From the NCBI GenBank assembly GCA_963665845.2, contig OY762492.1, positions 1,568,001 to 1,632,000 on the forward strand: 64,000 bases of DNA, written 5' to 3'. Within the stretch, counting starts at the first letter, position 1. Every line of letters starts with the position of its first letter. Shown in pieces: positions 55,962-64,000 of the stretch. The notes under the pieces are model-generated. The model was not told the origin of the DNA, searched no databases, and saw only the letters and a program-made list of their open reading frames with translations. The position numbers were made by a program, and so were the translations under genes. This DNA is from Candidatus Poribacteria bacterium. GTDB taxonomy: Bacteria > Poribacteria > WGA-4E > GCA-2687025.

Positions 55962-57545
55962 ATGAAAACAATGCAACGCTCATCACGCCGCAGGGCGCGC
56001 CTCGCGCTGCTTGCCGGCGCTGTGTTGATCGCGGCGCTGGCAGTTGCTGCGGCGCTCTTCTTCCGCGCGGGCGATCCGGCGCCTGCAGAGAAGAACGGCG
56101 CGCATGAAGCTCCTGTCAGCGCGGAGAGCGGCGCCAAGATCGAACAAACAACCGCCGCCCCCGACCAGGAAGATCAGGAAGCTCCCGTCGGCGCGGAGAG
56201 CGGCGCCAAGATCGAACAAACAACCGCCGCCCCCGACACAACAGAGGAACCCGCCCAGGAGGATCCGACCGATCTGAATCCTCGCCTTGAGCGGATTCTG
56301 AGCGGAATATACGCCGCTCTAGGAAACGAAACAAATCCTGAGGGCCGCGAATGGCTTGAGCAGATCGGGTCCAATATGATTGCTGAAGGACTGGGCGACG
56401 ACGAAATAAGCCGCCGCCTCTCCACTAGGCTCCTTTCCATGAGAGGGATCTCCCCGAAGAAACAATACTCAGAAAAGAAGATCCGCATCCGCCAGTACTT
56501 GAGCGATCGCTACGGAACTCGTAACCTTCACGGCAAGACGACGCCGCGCGCTGTGATAGAGATCTTGGTGGAAGGGATGGACGACCTGACCGCCGCCAAG
56601 TATCTGTACGACGCAGGCAGGGGAGAAGTTTATCCAGAAGCGGCGGGCGAACGATGGATTCGAAGGGAAAGAGAGTACGCCGGCGAATACGCCGACCGCG
56701 CTCTAGCGAAGGACCCAACCTTGCGCGATGCGCTGCTGTTAAAAGCCTCTGCAAATATAGACGCGGTCGAATCGGCGCGGCTTCTGATTGAACACCATCC
56801 GGATGACGAAAGAGCGGTCGTCGCTGCTGCGGACGATCTGTTTCTCAATTATCCTGAGGAGACGGTTGCCGCAATCACACGCATTCTGCCGGAGGATGGT
56901 CTGCATCCCAATTCGAGTTTCCATACGCTTCTCGGCAACGCCTATGAGCGGCTGGACATGCTGTATGAAGCGGCTGATCAGTTTCAAAAAGCTTATGCTG
57001 CCGGCGATACTAAGTTCGGCCGCTGGCGATATGACTTGTTGGAGGAAGGAGGTCGCGGATTTCCGTCCATCTGGGAAGAGCGGGCGGCTGGCGTTGAGGC
57101 TTCTTTTCCTGCGCTGTATGAAGAAGGCGCTCAAAAGATCAAGTCCCCGAAGCAATCGCTAGATCCGCCGGACGCCCCGCGCGGCGTAGAACCATCCCCT
57201 CCGGAGGCTCCGCGCGGCGTGGAGCCTCCGCCCCCGCCGCCGAACACGGAGATGGACATGGCCGCGGCATACGCCGATTTTGCGAAGGCGTACCAGGATG
57301 TGTTTGAGATGGAGTACGGTCTCTCCGAGGCGACGCCCGAAGGCTACATGAACGCGCTGCTCGGCATGGCGCGCGCCTTCGCCAAAGCGGGCGACGCCCA
57401 GCATGCCCAGGACGCCTACAACGCCGTCCGCAAACGCCATTCGCGCGAGGAGGTTGAGCGGGTCTTCCGCCGCTTCGATGAGCAGGAGCGTCTGAAACGG
57501 CAGCCGCCGAGCGGCGGGGACGAGGACGACAGCGAGGACGATTGA
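55962..57545 (+). CDS. membrane-anchored TPR-like hypothetical protein with internal repeats
   Basis: N-terminal TM, 72-bp tandem duplication, LLGNAYERL TPR-like motif, Pro-rich repeats. Confidence 0.72.
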   Translation: MKTMQRSSRRRARLALLAGAVLIAALAVAAALFFRAGDPAPAEKNGAHEAPVSAESGAKIEQTTAAPDQEDQEAPVGAESGAKIEQTTAAPDTTEEPAQEDPTDLNPRLERILSGIYAALGNETNPEGREWLEQIGSNMIAEGLGDDEISRRLSTRLLSMRGISPKKQYSEKKIRIRQYLSDRYGTRNLHGKTTPRAVIEILVEGMDDLTAAKYLYDAGRGEVYPEAAGERWIRREREYAGEYADRALAKDPTLRDALLLKASANIDAVESARLLIEHHPDDERAVVAAADDLFLNYPEETVAAITRILPEDGLHPNSSFHTLLGNAYERLDMLYEAADQFQKAYAAGDTKFGRWRYDLLEEGGRGFPSIWEERAAGVEASFPALYEEGAQKIKSPKQSLDPPDAPRGVEPSPPEAPRGVEPPPPPPNTEMDMAAAYADFAKAYQDVFEMEYGLSEATPEGYMNALLGMARAFAKAGDAQHAQDAYNAVRKRHSREEVERVFRRFDEQERLKRQPPSGGDEDDSEDD

Positions 57546-57577
57546 CCCGTTTTTCGGCTGAATCGTCAAAAAAGGGG

Positions 57578-57606
57578 TTGCGTTCCGAAACGCGCTGTTG
57601 TATGCT
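57578..57606 (+). promoter_or_regulatory. sigma70 promoter
   Basis: TTGCGT-17 nt-TATGCT. Confidence 0.6.
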
Positions 57607-57646
57607 GTTCAACAGAAACGCAATGAAGCGGAAAGGAGACGCGCCT

Positions 57647-57769
57647 ATGATTGTGATTCCGCTCCGAGTCGGCGCCCACCAGCGCGGCGCCGTCCATACG
57701 CGCGATCCATGTCCGCCGTTCCGAATCAACGCGCCGCTTTGGGAATGCGCAAGCCTTCCCTGCTGCTAA
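57647..57769 (+). CDS. putative 40-aa small protein
   Basis: AAAGGAG 8 nt before ATG; MIVIPLRVGAHQRGAVHTRDPCPPFRINAPLWECASLPCC. Confidence 0.45.
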   Translation: MIVIPLRVGAHQRGAVHTRDPCPPFRINAPLWECASLPCC

Positions 57770-57912
57770 AACACAGCGCCCGATCAGAGATACGCTTCTG
57801 AGGGCGCGCGTCTAAGACAAACGGCAGCGCCAGCGGCGGCGGAACGCGGCGGCGCCTCGCAAATCGCCGGCTCGGAGCTGTTTGGCTGCGGAAAATCGCG
57901 CATCATTGTGAT

Positions 57913-57949
57913 CAAAGGAGCCGTCCGGCGCGACCGGGCGGCTCCTTTG
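57913..57949. terminator. probable bidirectional intrinsic terminator
   Basis: CAAAGGAGCCGTCCGG-CGCGA-CCGGGCGGCTCCTTTG between convergent units. Confidence 0.75.
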
Positions 57950-57962
57950 CGTTAAAGCGGCT

Positions 57963-58195
57963 GCGCGTTGATCCGCCAGTCATGCGGCTTGTAACGCATC
58001 TTCTAGACTCCCCCCCTTTGTAACGCATCTATTAGACTCCCCCCTTTGTAAGGGGGGCAGGGGGGGTTTCGACTCGCGCGTTGATCCGCCAGTCATGCGG
58101 CTTGTAACGCATCTTTTAGACTCCCCCCTTTGTAAGGGGGGGCAGGGGGGTTTCGGCTCGCGCGTTGATCCGCCAGTCATGCGGCTTGTAACGCA
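57963..58195. repeat. three 36-bp direct repeats interleaved with C/G-run REPs
   Basis: GCGCGTTGATCCGCCAGTCATGCGGCTTGTAACGCA at 57963, 58076, 58160. Confidence 0.9.
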
Positions 58196-58796
58196 GGCGA
58201 ATGTCAAACAGCCGCTCTCTCAAAAAGCGCTGGTCGGCGCCGTCCTCAAGGCGCGGAATGATGAACCGCACCATGTCCACGCGCGAGACAGCAAAGGCGC
58301 GGAACCGCCGCCGCATGAGCCGCGGAACGGTCAGAACCGCCGCCTCGGCGTCCAAATGCGTTTCGCGCTGTAAAAAGGCGCGCGCCGACGCTTCCAGCTG
58401 CGCGTCCAGCCCTTCAGACAAATAGACGCGCGCTGTCGGACCTGACCTGGACCCGTCCGACAGGGCGAAATAAAGGCGCGGCTCCTTCCGCCCCGTTTTT
58501 TTAACGCCGCGAAACAGCCGCCGCGCGCGCTTCCGGACGCCTTTCGGCGACAGATCCGCCCCCGTTTTCAACGCCCCAAGCAGCGCCGCCAAGTTGCGCA
58601 TGTTGATCCAGTCGGCGCGGTCATGGTCATCGTCATTGTCGGGGTCGGGCGGACGGCGCCGCGCCTCCTCCAGCGCCGATTCGATGGCGCGCCGCCCGCC
58701 CGCTTGACGTATCGACTCGTAGTCGACTCCGCTGTCGGCGATCCATCCCGCCTCAATAAAACGTCTTAGCGGTTCGATCAAGTAGGCGCGTTCCAT
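58116..58796 (-). CDS. hypothetical protein
   Basis: ORF from MERAYL directly downstream of hmuV; ends inside a REP. Confidence 0.6.
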   Translation of the reverse strand: MERAYLIEPLRRFIEAGWIADSGVDYESIRQAGGRRAIESALEEARRRPPDPDNDDDHDRADWINMRNLAALLGALKTGADLSPKGVRKRARRLFRGVKKTGRKEPRLYFALSDGSRSGPTARVYLSEGLDAQLEASARAFLQRETHLDAEAAVLTVPRLMRRRFRAFAVSRVDMVRFIIPRLEDGADQRFLRERLFDIRLRYKPHDWRINARAETPLPPLTKGGV

Positions 58797-58828
58797 GTGA
58801 ACAGGATACGGGCAAACGGCGCCGCGCG

Positions 58829-59659
58829 CTAGATTCCGATCCAGCAGCCGACGCAATCGGCGCCTGAACAGGAGGGGCGCGGCATCGCCGCCGTTAGCGA
58901 AACGCGCGGCATGACCCACGGGTAGCCGTTCGGATGCTGCAGCACTTCAAACGGTATGTCGTACACCTCTGTCAGCGACGCTTCGGTCAGCGCGTATTCG
59001 GGCGGGCCGACATCCACAACGCGGCCCTCTTTCATCACAACGAGCATGTCGGCGAACATGGCGGCAAGGTTCAGGTCATGGATCGCCGCGACGATCGTCT
59101 TCCCCTGCATGGCGAGCTTTTTGCAGAGGCTTAGGATGAGCGTTTGATGGCGCAGATCGAGATGGTTGGCAGGTTCGTCCAGCAGGAACAGCTCCGGCGT
59201 TTGCGCCAAGACGCGGGCGATGTCGACGCGGCTCGCTTCGCCGCCGGAAAGGGTTGTATAGAGCCGCTGCGCAAAAGGTTCCGCTTCCACCTGCCGCAGC
59301 GCGTCGTTGGCGGTTTCAATATCCGCCGCGGTCTCTTTGGCTCCGTTCAGATGGGGGGCGCGTCCAAAAAGCGCGATTTCAAGGCTGGTGAACGGAAAGC
59401 TGATGTCGCGCTTCTGCTGTAGATAGGCGCGGAGCCTTGCCAGCTCTTTGGGCGGATAGGCATGAACAGGTTTGCCGCCCAGCTGCGCTTCTCCTTCGGT
59501 CGGGGCGAGTTCGCCGGACATCAATCTTAGCAGCGTTGTTTTGCCGGCGCCGTTGGGACCGACCAAAGCCCAGAACGCGCCTGGGTTGATGTTGAGATTT
59601 ACGCCGCGCGCGAGCCAGTTCTTGCCGACGCGGTAGCCGATATTGTCAAGAGTTATCAT
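58829..59659 (-). CDS. hmuV: heme ABC transporter ATP-binding protein
   Basis: GPNGAGKT, LSGGE, LLDEP, HDLNLA. Confidence 0.9.
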   Translation of the reverse strand: MITLDNIGYRVGKNWLARGVNLNINPGAFWALVGPNGAGKTTLLRLMSGELAPTEGEAQLGGKPVHAYPPKELARLRAYLQQKRDISFPFTSLEIALFGRAPHLNGAKETAADIETANDALRQVEAEPFAQRLYTTLSGGEASRVDIARVLAQTPELFLLDEPANHLDLRHQTLILSLCKKLAMQGKTIVAAIHDLNLAAMFADMLVVMKEGRVVDVGPPEYALTEASLTEVYDIPFEVLQHPNGYPWVMPRVSLTAAMPRPSCSGADCVGCWIGI

Positions 59660-60665
59660 ACGGGGTTCCTGCGATGAGCGTTCGTTTGTAGCGAATCAAC
59701 AGCCATAGAAAGAAGGGGCCGCCGAAAAGGGAGGTTACAACCCCGACCGGCAATTCGGCGGGAAGTACAACCGTGCGCGAAGCAAGGTCGGCAAGCACAA
59801 GCAGCGAGGCGCCTCCAAGGGCGGAGCCGGGCAGAACATACCGGTGATCGGCTCCGCCGAGCAGCCGCAGCAGATGAGGAACCACGAGGCCGACGAACCC
59901 GATTCCGCCCGCTATCGAGACCGCCGCCCCGACCGACAGCGCCGCTCCCACCATGGCGCGCCGCTTCAAGGACTCCACGTGAACGCCGAGATGGTAGGCG
60001 TCCGATTCGCCGAGGGCGAAGGCGTTCAGTTGAGGCGCGAGCCGAAGCAGCATGAAAAGTCCGACCGCGGCAGCCGGCAGGGCGACCAGCGCCGCTGTCC
60101 ATGTGGCGCCGCCGAATCCGCCGAGCAGCCAGAACGTGAGGCTGCGCAGCTGTTCGTCGTCCGCGAGAAAGGTCATCAGTCCGATGCCGGCGCCGGCGAC
60201 GCTGTTGAGCGCGATGCCGGCGAGCAGCAAGGTCATGATGTGGGATTGCCCTTCCGTTTCAGCCGCTTTCCAAACGGCGGCGACAACCGCCATTCCGCAC
60301 ACGAAGGCGGCGGCGGGCGTCCCCCAAATTTCCAGAGCGCCGCTTCCAATGAGAACGATCCAGAGCGCCGCGCCAAACCCCGCCCCGGCGGTGACGCCGA
60401 TCAGTCCAGGATCGGCGAGCGGGTTGCGGAAGACGCCCTGCATCGCCGTTCCTGAAACCGCCAGCAAAGCGCCCACAACGGCGGCTAAAACGACGCGCGG
60501 GAAACGCACATAGACGAGAGCGGCGTACCCGTCCCCTTGATACAGCAGCGCCTGCAGCATTTTCCAGGGCGGAATCGGGTATCCGCCGACGCCTGCTGCC
60601 GTAATCAGAGACGCCGGCAGCAGACAGGCAAGCAGCGTCAGGATTTTGGCGCGTCGGCTGATGAT
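59646..60665 (-). CDS. hmuU: heme ABC transporter permease (FecCD family); start codon uncertain
   Basis: RFPRV, QGVFRNPLADPG, FWLLG, GFVGLVVPH, ELPVG; frame stays open with a TM helix upstream of first ATG at 60560. Confidence 0.88.
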   Translation of the reverse strand: MISRRAKILTLLACLLPASLITAAGVGGYPIPPWKMLQALLYQGDGYAALVYVRFPRVVLAAVVGALLAVSGTAMQGVFRNPLADPGLIGVTAGAGFGAALWIVLIGSGALEIWGTPAAAFVCGMAVVAAVWKAAETEGQSHIMTLLLAGIALNSVAGAGIGLMTFLADDEQLRSLTFWLLGGFGGATWTAALVALPAAAVGLFMLLRLAPQLNAFALGESDAYHLGVHVESLKRRAMVGAALSVGAAVSIAGGIGFVGLVVPHLLRLLGGADHRYVLPGSALGGASLLVLADLASRTVVLPAELPVGVVTSLFGGPFFLWLLIRYKRTLIAGTPYDNS

Positions 60666-61696
60666 TCTGTCTCTTTCTCTTTCAGGGTCTTCACCTTTCG
60701 GCGTTTGACGACCGTATGCCCTTTCGTTCCATGGACGGCGCGAAACAGGTCCAGCGCCGCTTCTCCCGACCGCGGACCGAAGCCGGTGAAATAGAGTCCG
60801 TCAATGGATACGACCCGCTTGTTTTTCCCGGCGGGCGTGTGCGCCAGAGCCGGCAATTTCAGCAGCCCCTCCACGCCGCCAATCGATTGGAGACCGGCGA
60901 TGAAGAGTAGATAAACGTCAGGGCGCGCGGCCAGAACCGCCTCGGCGGTCATCGGTTTGACGCCCTTGAGAGCCTCCGCGGCGTTCACGGCGCCGACCGC
61001 GCGTATCATCGCGTCCGCCGCTGTCTTTTTGCCCATCACAAAAGCGGTCTGCGGTCCGCGCAGGTACATAAACAGAACGCGCGGTTTCGGTTTCTCCTTC
61101 CGCGTCTCGATTTCCGCCTTCAACTTCTTGAGATCGCCGTCCATCTTCTTGACGAGTTCGGCGGCGGTCTTGTCCGCGCCGACCGCCTTGCCGATTTTCA
61201 ACAACCGCCGCTTCGCGTCTTTGAAGTTCAACGGCTCTTTCAGCAGCAGGACGGTAACGCCCGCCATGCGCAGCTGTTCAATCACCTGCGGCGGTTTCAC
61301 ATTCTCCTTTCCAACGGCGAGAGTCGGTTTCAACGAAAGAATGCCCTCCGCGTTCAGCTGATACTGATACCCGACGCTTGGAAGCGTCTTGAGTACATGT
61401 ACAGGGTAGGTGGAGGAGGAGTCGCAGCCGACGACCCGATCTCCCGCGCCCAGCGCGAAGAGGATCTCGGTGACGCTTCCGTTCAGGCTGACGATGCGCT
61501 CTGAGGAAGCGACCGTCACCTGTTTTTTGTCCGCGTCTTCGACGACAGGAGCCTTCGCCGCGGAGGGCATGGCTGCGGCCAAGAAGGCTGCAGCCAACGC
61601 CCAACTCCAGCGGAGCGTCCGCTTAGAAATTGAGGCTGCCGTCCGGCTGATGGACGTACTTAAAGGAGACATGTCCGCTGTCCGTTTTGTTTTCAT
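60638..61696 (-). CDS. hmuT: heme ABC transporter substrate-binding protein; start uncertain
   Basis: RIVSLNGSVTEI, DSSSTYP, VGY, AEGILSLKP, GFGPR. Confidence 0.88.
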   Translation of the reverse strand: MKTKRTADMSPLSTSISRTAASISKRTLRWSWALAAAFLAAAMPSAAKAPVVEDADKKQVTVASSERIVSLNGSVTEILFALGAGDRVVGCDSSSTYPVHVLKTLPSVGYQYQLNAEGILSLKPTLAVGKENVKPPQVIEQLRMAGVTVLLLKEPLNFKDAKRRLLKIGKAVGADKTAAELVKKMDGDLKKLKAEIETRKEKPKPRVLFMYLRGPQTAFVMGKKTAADAMIRAVGAVNAAEALKGVKPMTAEAVLAARPDVYLLFIAGLQSIGGVEGLLKLPALAHTPAGKNKRVVSIDGLYFTGFGPRSGEAALDLFRAVHGTKGHTVVKRRKVKTLKEKETESSADAPKS

Positions 61697-62234
61697 TGTC
61701 TTTGTAGTACCCGGTGAATTGGATTTTGGCGTAGGTCCCGTCCGCCGCTTTGACGACGAAGACGCGGTCTTCGATCGGCAAGATCCAGTGGGTCGGCGGA
61801 CCTGTATAGGTGTACCAGCCCTGCCCGCTGGAGGCGATGATGGCGAGGGCGTCGTCTGAATCGACCGCGTAGCCGCTGCCAGGCGCCGTTTTTACGGCGT
61901 CAAAGGCGGTTCCGTCCAGAAGAACGGCGGCTCCTTTGCCAGGTCCGCTGACCCCGCCGTTCAGTTTCACTTTCGTTTTCTGAAAGCCGAGGTCCCATTC
62001 GGTTGAGTTTTCCGCGTCCGCCGGCTCCACGGCGCCGTTGACGAGGGAGAAGTACGCCCATGCTTCCGCGTCAGTCGCGTTGATCGTCGCGGTCTTCACG
62101 GTCAGCGCCGCGGGCGGATCGGTCGGGCCGGGGTCCGGTTCCAGGGGCGTTTCCGTATCGTCTCCGCACCCTGCGACCAGCGCCGCGCTCAAAAGCAGCG
62201 CCGCCCATGTCGATCGGTATCGAGATTGCGTCAT
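61623..62234 (-). CDS. hmuY: HmuY-family heme-binding lipoprotein
   Basis: LVAGC lipobox; WAYFSL, WDLGF, NGGVSGPG, GWYTY, VFVVKAADGTYAKIQ. Confidence 0.85.
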   Translation of the reverse strand: MTQSRYRSTWAALLLSAALVAGCGDDTETPLEPDPGPTDPPAALTVKTATINATDAEAWAYFSLVNGAVEPADAENSTEWDLGFQKTKVKLNGGVSGPGKGAAVLLDGTAFDAVKTAPGSGYAVDSDDALAIIASSGQGWYTYTGPPTHWILPIEDRVFVVKAADGTYAKIQFTGYYKDNENKTDSGHVSFKYVHQPDGSLNF

Positions 62235-62260
62235 CGGTTTTCCTTTCGGAGTTTTGGAGT

Positions 62261-64000
62261 TTAATGCGTGTAGGACAGCCCTAACTGAAAGCGCCGTCCG
62301 TAGAACGTGTAGTACTGCGGAATTTCGAAATCGAAAAGGTTGTGGAATCCGGCGGAAACTTTGAACGCCTCCAAGAAGGTCTTGCTGGCGCGCAGGTTCC
62401 AGATCCAGTATCCAGGGGCGTACTCTTCCGGCTCAAGAACGCGGTCGCCGTCGTCGTAAAGCCCCCATTTGCCGGCGTACCTCCCAAACAGATGGACGCG
62501 CAGACCGCTCCCGCCGTGTCGATACGCCGCCGACAGATTTCCCGTATGCGCGGAGCGGTTCAAAAGCGGCATCTCGGTCAGCTTGTTTTCGGCGCGCAGG
62601 TAGGCGTACCCAACGCGGAACGAGAACCCCGCATATTCCGCCGTTTCGATTTCCGCCTCAACGCCCTCGGTGAACGCCTCGCTGATGTTCTGGTACTGGT
62701 ATTTGGAGCCGCCGCCCGCCGTTTTCCCGATTCGATCCGCCTCAATCAGATTTTGGAGGTCGTTGCGGTAGTAACGCAGCTCCAGATCGACTCGGCGCGG
62801 GACCGCGTATTCCACCGCTAGATTCCAGTTCCGAGACGATTCTGGAACCAGATCAACGTTCCCAAGTACTTGATACCCGGAGGATATGTTGGTGAAATCG
62901 AGATACAGATCCTTGAAGTCGGGCGCGCGGAAACCTCCGCCGCTTGAAGCGCGCAGGCGCATCCGGTCGGTCGCCTGAAACAGCGCGCTCAACTTCGGGC
63001 TAAAATGGGAACCGTAGACGGAATGGATGTCCATCCTCGCGCCTGCGGTCAGCGTAAATCGCGGCATGGGGCGGTATTCGGCTTGCGCGAAGAGCGCCTG
63101 CGTTGACGCATCCCGTTCGCCGCCGTCGATGCGCTGCGATTCTAGCTGCTCGTAGGCGGTCTCGGCGCCGGCGACAAGCGTTGCGCGGCGGTGTACAAGC
63201 GCGTTCAGCTGCAGATGGCCTTTCAGCAGGTCATGAATGTTCAGGTTGCGGTCGGCGAGATCGCCGCTGCCGCGTATCTGGATGATGGATTCATCGTCGT
63301 AACGGGTCGCATACAGCTTGGCGAACAGTTGCGCGGATGGATGAAGCTGCCGCTCCAGCGCCGCGCTTGCGTTGAAGCTGCGTATGGAGCCGAGTCGTTC
63401 AAACAGGACGCCGTCGTTTTCGCTAAGCCCGTCCTGCTCTTGGGCGAGGCTTTGCGCGAACAGCTCAAGCCGCGTTTTATCGTTCAGACGGCCCGCCGCC
63501 CTTCCGGAAAAGGTCAGATTCGCGTACCCGTCCAGGTCAGTGGAAGCGTTGGACGGAACCAGATCGATAGCGCTGCGTGAGTTTCGAGCGAACGAGAGGA
63601 GCGCGTTGAACCGCCCCTCGCTCCATTCGAGGCTGCCGCGGCTGTCGAGTCCTTGATGCGGTTCGAGCGACTGGGACAGCTGCGCCGCGAACGGCTTGCC
63701 GGCTTTGCGCGTGATGATGTTCACGACGCCGGCGAGCGCGTCGCTGCCGAACAGCGCGGAGGAGGCACCTTTCACGATTTCGATCCGCTCAATGTTTTCA
63801 ATCGGAATACGAGCGAGGTCGATCTTGCCGGCGATGCGTCCGACCATCGGCTCTCCATCGATGAGGATGAGAACATACTCGGAGCCGAGACCTTGCAGTT
63901 GGACGCCGTCCCCGTGTCCGTCGCGGTCAATGATGACGCCTGTATGGTTTTCCAACGCTTCGCCGACATTTTCGGCTCCCGCCGCTTCGATCTCATCGCG
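62261..64000 (-). CDS. TonB-dependent (heme) receptor, 5' end outside window
   Basis: LILIDG, IERIEIVKGASSALFG, GVVNIIT, GFRAP, GNVDLVPE, beta-strand C-terminus. Confidence 0.92.
   Translation of the reverse strand, partial: RDEIEAAGAENVGEALENHTGVIIDRDGHGDGVQLQGLGSEYVLILIDGEPMVGRIAGKIDLARIPIENIERIEIVKGASSALFGSDALAGVVNIITRKAGKPFAAQLSQSLEPHQGLDSRGSLEWSEGRFNALLSFARNSRSAIDLVPSNASTDLDGYANLTFSGRAAGRLNDKTRLELFAQSLAQEQDGLSENDGVLFERLGSIRSFNASAALERQLHPSAQLFAKLYATRYDDESIIQIRGSGDLADRNLNIHDLLKGHLQLNALVHRRATLVAGAETAYEQLESQRIDGGERDASTQALFAQAEYRPMPRFTLTAGARMDIHSVYGSHFSPKLSALFQATDRMRLRASSGGGFRAPDFKDLYLDFTNISSGYQVLGNVDLVPESSRNWNLAVEYAVPRRVDLELRYYRNDLQNLIEADRIGKTAGGGSKYQYQNISEAFTEGVEAEIETAEYAGFSFRVGYAYLRAENKLTEMPLLNRSAHTGNLSAAYRHGGSGLRVHLFGRYAGKWGLYDDGDRVLEPEEYAPGYWIWNLRASKTFLEAFKVSAGFHNLFDFEIPQYYTFYGRRFQLGLSYTH

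Noticed and set aside
57963-58195. Possible CRISPR array (36-bp repeats)
   Set aside because: Repeat is coding sequence of the adjacent gene and the 'spacers' are copies of the same REP.
1-64000. tRNA or rRNA genes
   Set aside because: None recognised by eye; no covariance search could be run.

Overview
GC-rich bacterial chromosomal window, most consistent with Candidatus Poribacteria or a relative (inference from a UBact-proteasome operon, proteins ending in a 'V/I-x-x-x-x-x-L/M-x-x-x-W-[AG]-D-[LI]-K' tail, many WD40/TolB propellers, PhyH, sulfatase, DUF4159). Main content: an enolase-superfamily dehydratase; a long operon with a structured leader, a type-2 IleRS carrying the non-canonical GVHH motif, seven tandem mosaic RimJ/RimL-family GNAT acetyltransferases, leuA, a UDG-like gene, GT-C proteins, xerC and an FGE-domain gene; a UBact-prcB-prcA-pafA operon; ruvX; a glucuronokinase-like GHMP kinase; purL-purQ with a solitary DNA methyltransferase; arylsulfatase; a frameshifted IS1595 inserted in a REP palindrome; moeA-sulfite oxidase-TrxB-like genes; beta-propeller paralogues; glnD; and a TonB receptor-HmuY-HmuTUV heme uptake operon. 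Intergenic regions hold several nested palindromic repeat families and a probable MITE. The best candidate for an undescribed system is the leader + GVHH-IleRS2 + 7xGNAT array, hypothesised to defend against aminoacyl-tRNA-synthetase inhibitors. All calls come from reading the sequence and motif recall; no searches were run.
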